Part shown: piece after piece, positions 24,941 to 38,659 of the stretch
How the letters are laid out: every line of letters begins with the position of its first letter
How positions within the stretch are numbered: the stretch's first letter is position 1
NCBI GenBank assembly: GCA_951406725.2
Contig: OX597819.1
Coordinates: forward strand, 41,664,001 to 41,728,000
Length of the DNA: 64,000 nt
From: Octopus vulgaris
Taxonomy: Eukaryota
Direction of reading: 5' to 3'
Notes under the pieces: model-generated
The model's database searches: none
Seen by the model: only the letters and a program-made list of their open reading frames with translations
Told to the model about the DNA's origin: nothing
Translations under genes and position numbers: made by a program

Positions 24941-25815
24941 TATTTTTATTTTTATTGTTGTTGTTATTTACGCGCTAATTGGTAGAATGGAGAAATATGA
25001 TGAAGTGGCTAGCATCTGATTCAAAGCAAACTCAAGGGTAACTCTCGTGGATTTCTGACCCCATTTTCTATAAGAGTAGGAGGCAGATTCACATTAATGT
25101 GACGACCAGGGAACCCAAACACGACTTACTCGAGGGGGTTCCTACATAGGGGTGAAGGAGAAGAATGCGTGACATTCATCCTAGTGTCAGTATACTTATC
25201 ACAAACAAAGAAAAAAAAGGAATCTCAGTAATTATTGGGATTTCTTTCTCCTTTTTGGCGAACTGTTAACTTACGGGGACGTAAACAACTCAACGCCGGT
25301 TGTCAAGCGACGGTGGGGAACAAACATACACACACGCGCACACACACACACACACATAAACGACAGACATGTTTCAGATTCCGTCTACCAAATCCACACG
25401 CAAGAATTTGGTCGTCCCGAGGCTATAGTAGAAGACACTTGCCTGAAGTGCCAACGCAGTGGAACTGAACCCAGAACCATGTGGTTGAGAAGCAAACTTC
25501 TTATCACACACCCATGCCTACCCCTGTCTATAAACGAAGTCTTTCTACATTACAAAGAAAAGGATGTGTTATGAAAAAAATAGGAAACAAATGTAGAATA
25601 AAGAATGCTTTATCGGGTCTAGTTACAAAAGTTAGCGTGTGAATAGCTTATAAGGAAATCGTCAGTAAGTTTTTTTTAGCTAGAAGAAAGGTAAAGCTTA
25701 AAAAAAAACGTATGAAATTTACAGCTGAAATTCAAGCTGTTATATTGACTGATTTCCTTCTTTGCGAAGGATGGGTAGTCTGGTAAGTACGTATGTATGT
25801 ACGTATGTATGTATG

Positions 25816-26159
25816 TAGGACCGATCCTAATGTTGCTGGCATCCCGGACTAGCTGGACTTCGGCGTGTACAAGCTGACGATTGTAGAAATTTTCTTGTCT
25901 TTGTCACGCTCTCCTTGGTGCCCCCGAACACATGGCGCCCCAGACGACTGCCCGAGTTGCCGGTACCTTGAGCCGGCCCTGTGTGTATGTATGTAGGGTC
26001 GACCCTAGGGATGCTGGCTCCTCGGACTAGCTGAACTTAGGCGTTTACAAGCTGACGGTCATGGAAATTTTCTTGTCTTTGTCACGTCCTCCTTGGTGCC
26101 CCCTAGTACATGGCGCTCTGGGAGACTGCCCGAGTTGCCGATACCTTGAGCCGACTCTG
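25816..26159. mobile_element. Two tandem ~165-bp hAT-like MITEs in a (TATG)n tract
   Basis: Diverged direct repeats 25816-25981 and 25994-26159 with termini resembling CAGGGCCGGC...GCCGGCCCTG. Confidence 0.6.
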
Positions 26160-26859
26160 TATGTATGTATGTATGTATGTATGTATGTATGGTAACATGT
26201 AACCCAGTACAACCTGTTGCATGGTCGGGCCGTCGGCGTCTAAACTGGCAAACCCACCAAGTTTGCTTGGTGAGGAGGGTGTTTATTGGACACCCTGCGG
26301 GATGAAAAACAAAACCCGTCAAAGAGCAGAGGAACTATTGAGAGTCAACGGCCATCCAATAAGTGTATTTTTTTAAAGGCTTAAGGCTGTATCATGTGCG
26401 GGGACATAGAAATAATTGAACTGAATAACCGATCGCGCGGTTAAACCATTGGGAGTGAAGGATTCCTAGCCTTTGTTAGGGCATCCTTCTAGAAGTTAAC
26501 TCAGGTAACTGGGATAACTCTGGCATAAAACCTGCGACTCGGTGGTTACCGATGATGTTGTTTTGTTCTTTTCGGATTATGGCTGCTGTTGCTTAGTGAG
26601 TGGGATTGACTCAGTGCACAGCCTTTCCTCACTTTAAAAAAAATATTCTTGCACAGGCATTGCACGATAGCAACATTGTTCATAATTGTTGATCGTGCTG
26701 TGAGTCTCAACTGAAAAGCTGGTTGTAGCCTTAAAAAGCAAATAAAAGTCACATTCGATCACAGCACCAATAACAGTTAAGCTTTGTGCAATGGCCATAC
26801 TCGATAACGAAGGGGCAGCCACCATCATCATCATGTATGTATGTATGTATGTATGTATG

Positions 26860-26890
<31 letters not shown>

Positions 26891-27427
26891 TGATTTCAAG
26901 TTTTGGCGCAAGGCCAGCTCTTTCGGGAAGGAGCTAAGTCGATTATATCGACTCCAGTGTTCAGCTGGTGCTTATTTTATCACCCCCGAAAAGATGAAAA
27001 ATAAAGTCGACCTCGATGGCATTATTATATGTATTTATATAATGATTGCTTCTATTTTCAACGCATGACCATTAATTACATGCTATTTATAAATATATAT
27101 GAACCCAGGACCATGTGGTTGGTAAGCAAGCTACTTACCACACAGCCATTCCTGCGCCAAAAATTATATTGTGAATATATAATATATATATATATATTCA
27201 CAAAGGAATAGAGAGAGAGACAATCTGAAGACTATGGAAATATTTTTTACCTATTTAAAGAGTATGGAAATATCTACAAAACATTTCACTTCCTTTTTTT
27301 CTCCAGTTTAATTGTTTTCCTTATTTTACTCTTGGTTAATAAAGTCCAAAAGACGGGAACCGATACTAAAATGTATTTTTAAAATTCTTTTAGCATTTTC
27401 TACCTTGTCTTATCTTCCTGATATATA

Positions 27428-27679
27428 TTGGGTTGGTGCATAATTATTGCGGCTTTTTTTCAACAAATTTTATTCAACAAAAACAGTAATATCACGTAAC
27501 AAAAACATCTTTAAATGATTATTCCGGAGCATATTCACCATCTACTTCAATTACTGCTTCCCATTTGCTTGGCAGACGGTCAGACCGTTATTTAAAGATG
27601 ATTGTATTAAATATTGTTATTGATTTTGTTGAATAAAATTTGTTAAACAAAAAGCCGCAATAATTATGCACCAACCCGG
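27428..27679 (-). mobile_element. Mariner deletion derivative / MITE
   Basis: TIR TTGGGTTGGTGCATAATTATTGCGG (Hsmar1-like) and ~100-bp inverted arms. Internal DRLPSKWEAVIEVDGEYAPE* is a mariner transposase C-terminus. Confidence 0.85.
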
Positions 27680-27799
27680 TATGTGTGTGTGTATTAAATT
27701 ATATAATAAAGGATGAAATCATTTATAATTTTATCAGGAGGCCAGCGCGAAAGTAAAAACCTTTTATGTAAATTTTACAAATATTATAATAATTATATA

Positions 27800-27940
27800 C
27801 ATAATTATAACAAGGGGTTGGCATTATGCCTCTCCACGCGCTGAAAATGGACGCCAAATCCTCAGAGTATTTTAAGGTGGTGTTGGCGTCTATTCTCAGT
27901 GCGTGGGGAGGCATAATGCCAGTACCTTGTTATAATTATG
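27800..27940. repeat. Imperfect ~140-bp palindrome (foldback/MITE)
   Basis: CATAATTATAACAAGG...GGCATTATGCCTC / GAGGCATAATGCC...CCTTGTTATAATTATG. Confidence 0.8.
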
Positions 27941-27946
27941 CATATA

Positions 27947-28002
<56 letters not shown>

Positions 28003-28057
28003 ATATGCATACATACTTGGAAAAGGATGCGTGGCATTCAATCATATAATAATATAA

Positions 28058-28114
<57 letters not shown>

Positions 28115-29087
28115 CGTATATGTACATACTTACATCTATACGTATATATATATATGCGTATGTGGGCACAGGACGTCATGAAACGTGTACGACAAAAACA
28201 TACGAAGCACGAGTACATGGAATATGAACTATATTTTCGAACAACGAAAGACACAAATGGAAAATAAGACAAACAACATAAAGAAAGACCCTTCATCAGT
28301 CGTGGATTGTGGTTCTACTCTCGTATTTCGAGCATTTAACAACAATATGCGCTTTCGGTAAAACAGTTGCACCTCCAAAGCAAATTAAATAAAATTTGAG
28401 ATTTTGCGGAGGGTCAAAATAGGTAACACAAACAGGACAGTGAAAACAAACAGGAAGGACTGCTAAGCCTAAATGAGGTTGTGGTGACGAACGCGCAAAT
28501 CAAGCTTAGATAGGAGACAGACAAGAACACATCTTCCTTGTTCCAGCTACAACGGAGAGAAAGAAAGAAACACAAGTTAGGAGAAGAAAGAAAGATGGCC
28601 AATGGTTACGTGGAGCCACGTAAGCAAAGGAGGAGTGAGGGAGAGAGAGTGACAGAGTAATAGGAGAGAACAGTGGGAGAAGAGGAGGTAAAAGAATAAG
28701 AGAGAGAGAAAAACGAAAGAGTAAAAAGATCGTATAGAGTGCACATCAGAATTATGAAGATAAAACTTACTTGAAAGAGGATGCGGGGCGATACATACAT
28801 ACATACATACATACATACATACATACATACATACATACATACATACATACATACATACATACATACATACATACATACATGCATGCATACATACATGCAT
28901 ACATGCATACATACATTCATGCATGCATATACAGCATATTGGATAAAGTTAGATAAGGCCAGTTTATGGGATTACTCTGGGTTTTTCGTCCATAAAGCGC
29001 TTAGCTTTACTGCGTATCTTTATCTATACACACACACATATATGTGTCTGTGTGTGTATATGTATGTATAAGTATATGTATATATAC

Positions 29088-29126
<39 letters not shown>

Positions 29127-29339
29127 TACATATATACATAATATATATATATATATATATACATATATACATAAAAATATATATATATATATACATAAAA
29201 ATATTAATATATATATACATAAATATATATACATACATAAATATATGTGTGTATATATATATTTATATACATATATACATAAATATATGTATATATATAT
29301 ATATTTATATATATATATATATATACATATATACATAAA

Positions 29340-29385
<46 letters not shown>

Positions 29386-29426
29386 TATATACATATATAC
29401 ATAAATATATGTATATATATATATAT

Positions 29427-29472
<46 letters not shown>

Positions 29473-29509
29473 ACAAATGAAAGACAGAAGATGGAATATA
29501 CAAGAATAT

Positions 29510-31720
29510 ATTACTAATCACAACAATTGTTTCGACACATGTAGCATCGACTCCTCTTGTGAGACACACAAAAACTTGTTCTGGAGTATCCTGTGGTGCG
29601 GACGTATCTCGTTGGGTGATAAATAAATAAAAATAAACTCGTTAATATGACAGTTCCATAATGCAACTTTTCGTTTTGTAGAGAGAAAAACAACCAGACG
29701 GAGGAAAATTCGTCATATATATATATATAGAAGATTCAAAAATAAGATTGCAGAAGATAAAAAGGGAAACGAACACTTAATCCAGCGAGAAAAGTATTGA
29801 AAGTAACCATTAACCGATATGGATGTATAAACGCCCTCGAGCAAGCTGCATGGCACGAGTGCACACGCTCACACAAGCATTAGCAAAACTGTGAGCATAC
29901 GCACACGCGAGGTTAGGCGCACTCACGATTACAAAACGAGTTAGATACTTAGTAGGTGTTTAGAAGAACGGTGAGGTTTAAAGTAAATTTAAGTTATCCA
30001 TACAGGCGCAGGAGTGGCTGTGTGGTAAGTAGCTTGTTTACTAACCACATGGTTCCGGGTTCAGTCCCACTGCGTGGCACCTTGGGCAAGTGTCTTCTAC
30101 TATAGCCTCGGGCCGACTAATGCCTTGTGAGAGGATTTGGTAGACGGAAACTGAAAGAAGCCTGTCGTATATATGTGTATATGCGTGTGTGTGTGTTTGT
30201 GTGTCTGTGTTTGTCCCCCAGCATTGCTTGACAACCGATGCTGGTGTGTTTATGTCCCCGTTACTTAGCGGTTCGGCAAAAGAGACCGATAGAATAAGTA
30301 CTGGGCTTACAAAAGAATAAGTTCCGGGGTCGAGTTGCTCAATTAAAGGCGGTGCTCCAGCATGGCCGCAGTCAAATGACTGAAACAAGTAAAAGAGAAA
30401 AAAATACCTTAAAGTAAGATAAAATAAAATTCACTAAGTTAACTGTTACTCAAAATTCATTCTCACTGCATTGTGCAAAAGTACATTTATATGCTTGTAG
30501 GCATCTCGATATTCTTTCAGAAATTCTATTAAGTATCTTTTCGTTAGTCCACAGAATAGACAGGGATCCCTCGGAGCAGAGACGGCATCTCCTGGAAATT
30601 GCACTGTATGGTTTTGCCTGTCTAACTTATGGACCAAGTAATGTAGTATTTCGCATAAGCCTCTTTCAGTCGCCATATAAAATCTGCCAAAGATGTTGAA
30701 TGTCTCTTATTGATTGACCTAAAGCTGGCAACATGATTACGATAACGATTCTTAAATGAATCCGCCGTCTGCCCAATGTAAACATAGGGCCCTCCCCGTG
30801 TGTGCACGGTACATTTATATACAAGATTTGTACTCATACGGAGATTCATCAAAGGACATTTTGATTTATCTTTGCATGAGCATTTATCGTTTTTATTTGT
30901 ATATAAAGCAGTCCTGACTCCATTCACCGGCATTGTTATCGTGCTAGCTGTACCAAGAGTACTTCTACTACTACAAATTGATCGAAGTTGATAATTATCA
31001 ATGCGATTTACATCTCCTTGGTTAGCATTTAGATGTATATGCCTGCTAGATCCAGTAGGTGGGTTATTGAACCATCGTCGCATTTTTCTATTGTTTATGC
31101 GATGCATAAGCTACTCCAGATTTAGCGTAGGGATACCTTCACGGTGTGCCGATTAAAAATAGCATGGTACCGATTGGATTTAGGAAAACATTTGTCCAAA
31201 GCAGCAAAAAATTTTCCAGCAATCCTTTTTGAAACGTGCAAACCGAAAACTGGGTTGAATCAGAAGACATCCTGATTCCTATATCTGTTGTTAGGTTTAT
31301 TTGATCTAGTGTGTTGTACAAAATTGGAACAAGTAGATGTTGCATGTGTCTATGAGTTTTCTTTGGTAGATCATTGACATGACCAATTCCTTCTAGCCTG
31401 TATTCTTTATCCGAGTGATTTCTCAAACGGTTACGTTGTGATGGCATACGATGTGTATCTTTTTGAAGGAATTACCAGTTTTGCTTAACCCTGAATCTTG
31501 TATATATTGAATTCAATCACGGTACCCATCCTTAGCTAGAGCATCATTATAATAAGATGCATGAGATTCGAAAATTTTACTGGTAGCAGATAATCTAGAA
31601 ATTCTAGTAGAAATATTCTTAACTAGTCCCAGTATAATCAAGGGTGGGTGGTTGAATGTTATGTTAATGTACTTAATATGATCGTTCGGTTTATGAAATG
31701 GTTCAAATAATCCAGAATCA
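29510..31720 (-). mobile_element. Penelope-like element 3' remnant (RT C-terminus, GIY-YIG endonuclease, pLTR), interrupted by a SINE
   Basis: FHKPNDHIKYINITFNHPPLII...ISTRISRLS, then CSCKDKSKCPL...LVYKC...YIGQTADSFKNRYRNH. Frameshifted. Confidence 0.85.
30005..30398 (+). mobile_element. SINE family 1
   Basis: Full-length copy with CpGs intact. Confidence 0.85.
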
Positions 31721-31753
31721 AGACATACATACATACATACATTCATGCATGCA

Positions 31754-31869
<116 letters not shown>

Positions 31870-33053
31870 GAGTGGCTGTGTGTAAGTTTGCTTGCTAACC
31901 GACCACATGGTTCCGGGTTCAGTCCCACTGCCTGTACTCTTGACTCTGAAATGATCTTCGTGGTTAACCGCATCAGGATGACGGTAGGTAATGCTTTTAA
32001 TATCATTTCCTTTTTATATAAATTAGTCTGAAATTGTTGAATACATTTCTTTCAAATTAGGTAATTTCAGGGTTGGTCTGCAATCATTTATAATTAAATG
32101 TTTTCTTTCAAAATATTTTTTTTTCTTTTTTATTAAACTGGACTAGTATTTCGAATGAGCAATAAGTATCAAAGCATTTAACAATGAGCATTAAATATCA
32201 AAGATAAAAATAAATCATTTTGTTCCCTTATCAAACTTTGGGCCTAACAACCTAAATGAGAAAACCGATATGACTGAATAAGAATTTTTAAAGGGCTTTT
32301 ATTGTTAGGCTGAGGTCAAGCAGTCGAATCCATTCAACCATGTCGTCAGTCTTTAGCAACATCAACTACAAAGAACTTGAGAGAGGTGACAGACTGAGAG
32401 AGGACAAGAACCTTCACATATTTTCAGCATTGCAAGATTTTGGAGTTATTTTTGTCAGAATAAAGCTATCTTCAAGAATCCAAGTAATGCTATGTATTGA
32501 AGAGTAGCCGCAGATGCTGGTCATGTTGTTGTTCTTGTTGTTTGCTGCTACTGTTGTTGTCACATACTTTTTATTTTGATGCTACTTTGCTTCAGAAGTT
32601 GGTTAGTCATAAATTCCCTTGGGAATTTTAAGCCCAACTTCATCACTTTTATTTATTTATTTTTGTTTTTTGTTTTTGCTTTGGAACGAAATCTAGTTTC
32701 AAGCATCTTATACAGTTAATTTTTTAGACACTATTTTCTGAAACTGGTAAAATTATGTAGGGGGTGCAAATTTTGATCTTGCACCACCTGAAAATTCCAA
32801 GGGGTGCAGTTGCACCAGCTGCACCCCCTGTTCCCGGGCCCTTGACAGCATTGAAGCATTTGAACAATTAGATGCAGTTGTAATGCCTCGGTTGAAAATA
32901 TTGTGGCTCACGTAGTACACACAAACTCACGCTCACACAGACACGGAAGTACATATATGTGTGTATGTATGTGTATATATGTGTGTGTGTATTTGTGTGT
33001 GTATATATTTATATATATACACATATATATATAAGTAAATATACACACACACA

Positions 33054-33091
<38 letters not shown>

Positions 33092-33277
33092 CACACACAC
33101 CTAAGTATCGAACCACGAGAATGAGTGATCAACACCGCATTGGTGGACAAAAATTCTTTATTTGTGTATTAATCCTACCATTGGAGATTCTGTTTCATCG
33201 TCGAGATATTTCTTAACATGAAACCAATCGTAGCCTTAATACACAAATAAAGTGTGTGTGTGTGTATATATATATAT

Positions 33278-33491
33278 ACTCTTTTTCTCTCTTACTTGTT
33301 TCAGTCATTTGACTGCGGCCATGCTGGAGCACCGCCTTTAGTCGACTAAATCGACCCCAGGATTTATTCTTTGTAAGCCCAGTACTTATTCTATCGATCT
33401 CTTTTGCCGAACCGCTAAGTGACGGGGACGTAAACACACCAGCATCGGTTGTCAAGCAATGCTAGAGGGACAAACACAGACACACAAACAT

Positions 33492-33522
<31 letters not shown>

Positions 33523-33682
33523 CATATATACGACAGGCTTCTTTCAGTTTCCATCTACCAAATCCACTCACAAGGCTCTGGTCGGCCCGAGGCTATAGCA
33601 GAAGACACTTGCCCAAGATGCCACGCAGTGGGACTGAACCCGGAACCATGTGGTTGGTTAGCAAGCTACTTACCACACAGCC
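33278..33682 (-). mobile_element. SINE family 1
   Basis: Near full-length reverse copy. Confidence 0.85.
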
Positions 33683-33731
<49 letters not shown>

Positions 33732-34129
33732 AATATATATTGGGAGAATTCGCAAAAAAATACAAAAGACGAAGACAGGTAGTGTAGACAACAAACAGAT
33801 GTATTAGTATAACGCTCGGGAAGTGAAAAAGTCTTTAATGTTTCGAGCCTGCGCTCTTCCACTGAAAAGAACACAGAAAGAAACAAGGAAAGAAAATAAA
33901 GATCCGCTTTTGCATGTTCCCATTGTTCAGACAGATTTCATATAGCCTGATACCCTTTCCATCGCCAAGCCTCACCTGTTTCAAAGTAAGACAATCAATA
34001 TTTCACCATACCCAGACACGATTACACCGGAAGACTGTAAACAAAAGCATTTCTTGCTGACAGTGACACTCGCTTATAATTATTGCACAATGTCAAGATA
34101 ATGAAACACTAAAACACGAACACACACAT

Positions 34130-34197
<68 letters not shown>

Positions 34198-35254
34198 GCA
34201 TAAATATACATACGTTCACATATATATATATATATTAACATTATCATTTAAATATCGTGCAGCATTTTATGAAATTGATATGCATTTAACCCTTGTCCAA
34301 CAATAAACACGTTTCTCAGCCCATAATCTATCACCCCGTGAGCTTGTATATCCTCCTTCATTATTTGATAAGGGTTGATCTTAGTCGGGTTGACTTAGTC
34401 TAAATATTACTCTGGGAAAATACGTTGTTGAGAAAATAAATAAATAAAAAATCCAGTTATAATACCTTGAAATCGTATAAGCAAATGTAATTTGGTGTGA
34501 ACCAATAGGAACGATTGTGGACTGAAATGAATAACGCCTTCCCGGGTCAAATGGCTATAGATAATTACATAAGGAAATCATAAATAAATTTTTCATAACC
34601 AATGAAAAGAGACCACAAAGTGTGACTTCTAGAGTCGAAATTCGAGAAAGATATTTATACAATTATTTAGGATTGGTAGTATTTGCATAACGAATACTGG
34701 GAAATTTGATAATAAAATGAAAAGAAATTACTTCCTATCAGAAACATCACAGCAATAAAATGATCAGACCTCGAAGAATCGAGTGAACCTATAACTACAC
34801 CCTGCCTTTTTTTTATTTTGAAAAGTCAGCAATGTTTAAGGGAGAGTATATTCTTTCCTATTCTAGGCACAAAGCCCGAAATTTTTGGGGAGGAGGGCAG
34901 TCGTTTAGATCGATCCCAGAACGCAACTGGTGCTTAATTTATCGACCTCGAAAGGATGAAAGGCAAAGTCGATTTGAACTCAGAACGTAACTGCAGACGA
35001 AATACGAATTTCTTTATTGCCCACCGGGGGCCAAACATAGATATGGACAGTACAACTGATGGGATCAGTGAATCGATATGATTTTACATAAATGTGACAT
35101 CAAAATTAAAATACAATACATAAAAATCGAATGGAATACACAGTACAAAAACAATACAAATGGAGCGATGATCAAGTTACGCTCCGATCCCACAAGCCCC
35201 GATCTACCGCTGATACCTTTTTATTTTTCCTTTTTTTTTTTTTTCCTCGTCTAT

Positions 35255-38200
35255 TCACACGGTTCCTTGCACGCACAACACTCGTGCAACATACTTCCAT
35301 CTCTTTTGGAAGGTACACTCTGACAGACACCTCTTCTCCAGCCACAGTTTCCTTTTCAAATGAAAAGAAAAAAGGATCGTAAATTGTCACCAGAGATAAA
35401 GTTGCCTGTCTTAATTCCTTTTATCCTAGTCTTCCATACAGCCTCTTTTGCTATTGCTACAACCGTGAGAAAACAATTCTTACCTTCGTTCGTTAGAACT
35501 CCCGGTGGGTCAATTTTTATAATTGACTCAGTCGACAGCCGTACTCTTCCTTCGCCGGACAACAGATGTTCAGCATAAGCCCACATTTCAGTTATCTCCG
35601 GACACTGAACAATAGCGTGAGGGACGGTTTCCCTGTCCCCTCCGCATCTTGGACAGGTCGGCGACTGACGTTTACCATGTCTTGCGAGCTTATCCCAAAC
35701 GGGCAAGGCACCTCTGTAGCATTGCCAGGTTAAGGACTTTTGGAAGTAGTCCAACGTTCTCAACCCGAATGTACGATGAAACAAGCTGTCCAGTTGAATA
35801 AATCCGAGACCTAGAGTCGACCCCAGGCCATCGTCGCATTCAGACTCTACCAACCCACTATATAAAATCTGTGTGGAACCCCCACCGCTGGCGTTGCCCG
35901 AGCGCCGGAACAGCAAGAGGGCCTTACGGCACTCTTTATGCCACTCACTCGACCTCGGTCTACGAGAACACCAGGCTTCCTGTTCGCAAAAACTCTTGAA
36001 CTCAGGGAACATTTGTCTGGCCAGCGGAGACCACATCCGTTCACTATCCAGGAGAATCCAGAGGTGCCTCAACCTCAACGCATGTCTGCGCATCATTAAC
36101 CAAGGCATCCCTAAACCTCCATTTAAAGGCTTTTGACAGCAGACAGAGCGTTTCACAAGTGGCGACCTGCCCTTCCACAAAAAGCGAAAGAGCTGTCTCT
36201 CCAACCTGATCAACCACGAATCCGGACAGGGCACGACGGTCAGGCGGTAGGTAATGACCGATGCGATAAACACATTGGCCACTTCCGCCCTCCCTTTCAG
36301 GGATAGCCACCGCCAAGACCAGGTCTTGACTACTGCAGCCACCCTGCTCAATACTTCCGTCCAGTTCTTCTCTATCTGGAGGCCTGGTCCAAACCAGACT
36401 CCCAGCAACTTAACCGGTCCCTCCGTCCAGCGCCTAACAACACTGTCTGAAGGCATCGACTTGCCAACCCAGGTGCCGAGCTGCAAGCCGACCGACTTTT
36501 CCCGGTTAATCTTTGCTCCTGCTACCTCCTCGTAAGCCTCAATAGTCTTACCTACTTCACGTAGGCGTGCCACTGTGGTTACACTGATAGTGATATCATC
36601 CGCGAAAGCCGTAACAAACTCCTCTAGTCCTGGTTCTCTCGGGATGCCACTCAACCTTTGCAGTAATGGCTCGAGAGCCATCACATACAAAAGTGGTGAA
36701 AGCGGACATCCTTGACGAACCGAGCGTCTGATACAGAACGGCTTCGAAAGAAAACCGTTCACCCGAACTATCGAGTCAATGTTGTGGTACAAAGCGATAA
36801 ACCACCTGAGGAAGCCAAGGCCCAGGCCAAACCGCGCAAGTACAGTCGCTAGGTATCGATGGTCAACCCTATCAAAAGCTTTAGACTGGTCCAAATGCAC
36901 CAATGCCCCACCTTTGCCAGATTTATTACCAAACCTCTCTATGGTATAGCGAATAAGATGGAGGGTATCCTGAATGGTTCTGCCTGGGATGGCACATGTC
37001 TGTGCCTCCCCGACTATACCATTCGCGACACGCGCCAACCTTTTTGCTAGAACCTTGGCCAAAATCTTCACTTCTGCGTTTAACAGAGTGATGGGCCTGA
37101 AATTCTCTAGAACGTCCCCCTTGTCCGGGTCCTTTCTGACCAACGTCACTACTCCCCGCACAGATCTGGGGATAAACCCATTCTGTTTCCAGTTCGCGTA
37201 CACGTCAGTCAGTAGTTGCCCGAACAAGTCTGGCATACATTTATACAGCTCGTACGGAAGACCATCAAGTCCCGGTGACTTACCCGCTTTACAATCGGCC
37301 AAAGCCTCCATCACCTCCTCAGGTGTGATTGGCCCTTCGCAAGACTCCGCATCCGACCCCGAGAGGCACGGCAGCCCGGTAAGAAAGTCCTCGAGGGCTC
37401 TCCCACCACCAGGACCGCCGTCACCCCCGAACAGCTGGGCGAAGTACTCCCGAAAGACCTCACACATTTTCTCGGGTTCGTTTATCAAGACACCATTTTG
37501 ATTCGTCAAAGACCGAATAGAGGAACTATTTCCTTGCCGAGCTTCCACCACTCGGGCCCATCCAGCGGCTTTGATTCCTTCACTTCCCATTGCACGTAAC
37601 TTAGCTCTGGTAATACTTCCCATGTGGTGGGCTTCAAGATGCTGGTTTAACTCCAGTCTTTTCACCCTCGCTTGGTCTGTATTACCAGTCCTCCAGGCTT
37701 CTTCTAGTTCCTTAACTAGACCATCTATTTTACATCCCTTCTTAGCTAAACTTATGCTAAACCTAATAGACTCATATTTGATGGCTCTTTTTAGGGCGTA
37801 CCACCATTTGTTATTAATGATGGTACCTGTTAATGCCCTCTGTATTAACATCTTGATCCGCTTTCTGTACTCCTCAATCGCCAAAAGGGACGTATTGAGT
37901 TTCCAGTAGCCAGATCCCTGTCTATGCAACTTATCTACCGTCAGTTTACAGGTAACCATCTTGTGGTCACTGTAGCTGACTAGAAAAACTGTGGACACTC
38001 AACTATGGACTTATCTTTTTCTCTAATTAAAATCCTATCTAGATATGTTCTGGTAGACCCGTCACTATTTGACCACGTCCACTGTGGAGTGTTCGGGTGC
38101 TCCAACCTATATGGATCTGCTAGCTGAAATTGACTTAGCAGATCCCGAAAGCCTGGGTTACATTTTCTGTTCATGTTCGAGTTTGAGCCAACACAATCTG

Positions 38201-38648
38201 TGTGTGCTGCACATATTGTATTAGAGTCTCCTAACACTACTAGTGAATGCGACGTGGCTAGGAACTTTCCTAGGCCACGAAAATATTCAGTTTGCGGGCC
38301 AATAATGTTTGGTGCGTAAATAGCGACCAGCCTGATTGTCTTGCCACAACTGAATGTCAAGTCGAGAACGACCAGCCTGCCTTCTGGGTCAGAAAAAACC
38401 AACTTTTTCTCGGCTACCCGGTTTCTTTTTAGTAGGACCAACACCCCACCCCCACCTCCCGCCCGACTCGGAGAAACGCATTTCTCGTAGCCGTTCAGGA
38501 GGGGGAGCAGATCTCTTGGCCCCTTCACCCGGGTTTCCGTTGCAACAATTACATCCAAATTTCTCGACCTGATGTCATTCAGAAAGCGTCCTTGCTTCCA
38601 GCTTGACAACAGGCCATGAACATTTAAACAACCAATGTGAATAGCCAT
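35255..38648 (-). pseudogene. LINE ORF2: APE endonuclease, RT and C-terminal zinc finger, with two frameshifts
   Basis: LNVHGL/ATET/GDSN/YLDRI/SDH (APE); KSPGLDG, FRPITLLN, KAFDRV, RQGCPLSP, FADD (RT); CPRC...H...C. Frame changes at ~37985 and ~35370. Confidence 0.92.
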
Positions 38649-38659
38649 CACTTACCTGT

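Noticed and set aside
26190-26545. RTE-like 5' region with a possible HDV-like ribozyme
   Set aside because: I could not assign the nested double pseudoknot by eye.
28577-29517. Many YIYI/CVCV/MYVC/HTHT ORFs here and across the window
   Set aside because: These are stop-free microsatellite translations with no coding evidence.
36974-37909. Antisense ORFs inside the LINEs
   Set aside because: These are expected shadows of a long GC-richer coding frame.
37975-38000. Programmed -1 frameshift between APE and RT
   Set aside because: G TTT TTC is not a canonical slippery heptamer, and the sister LINE reads through this point in one frame.
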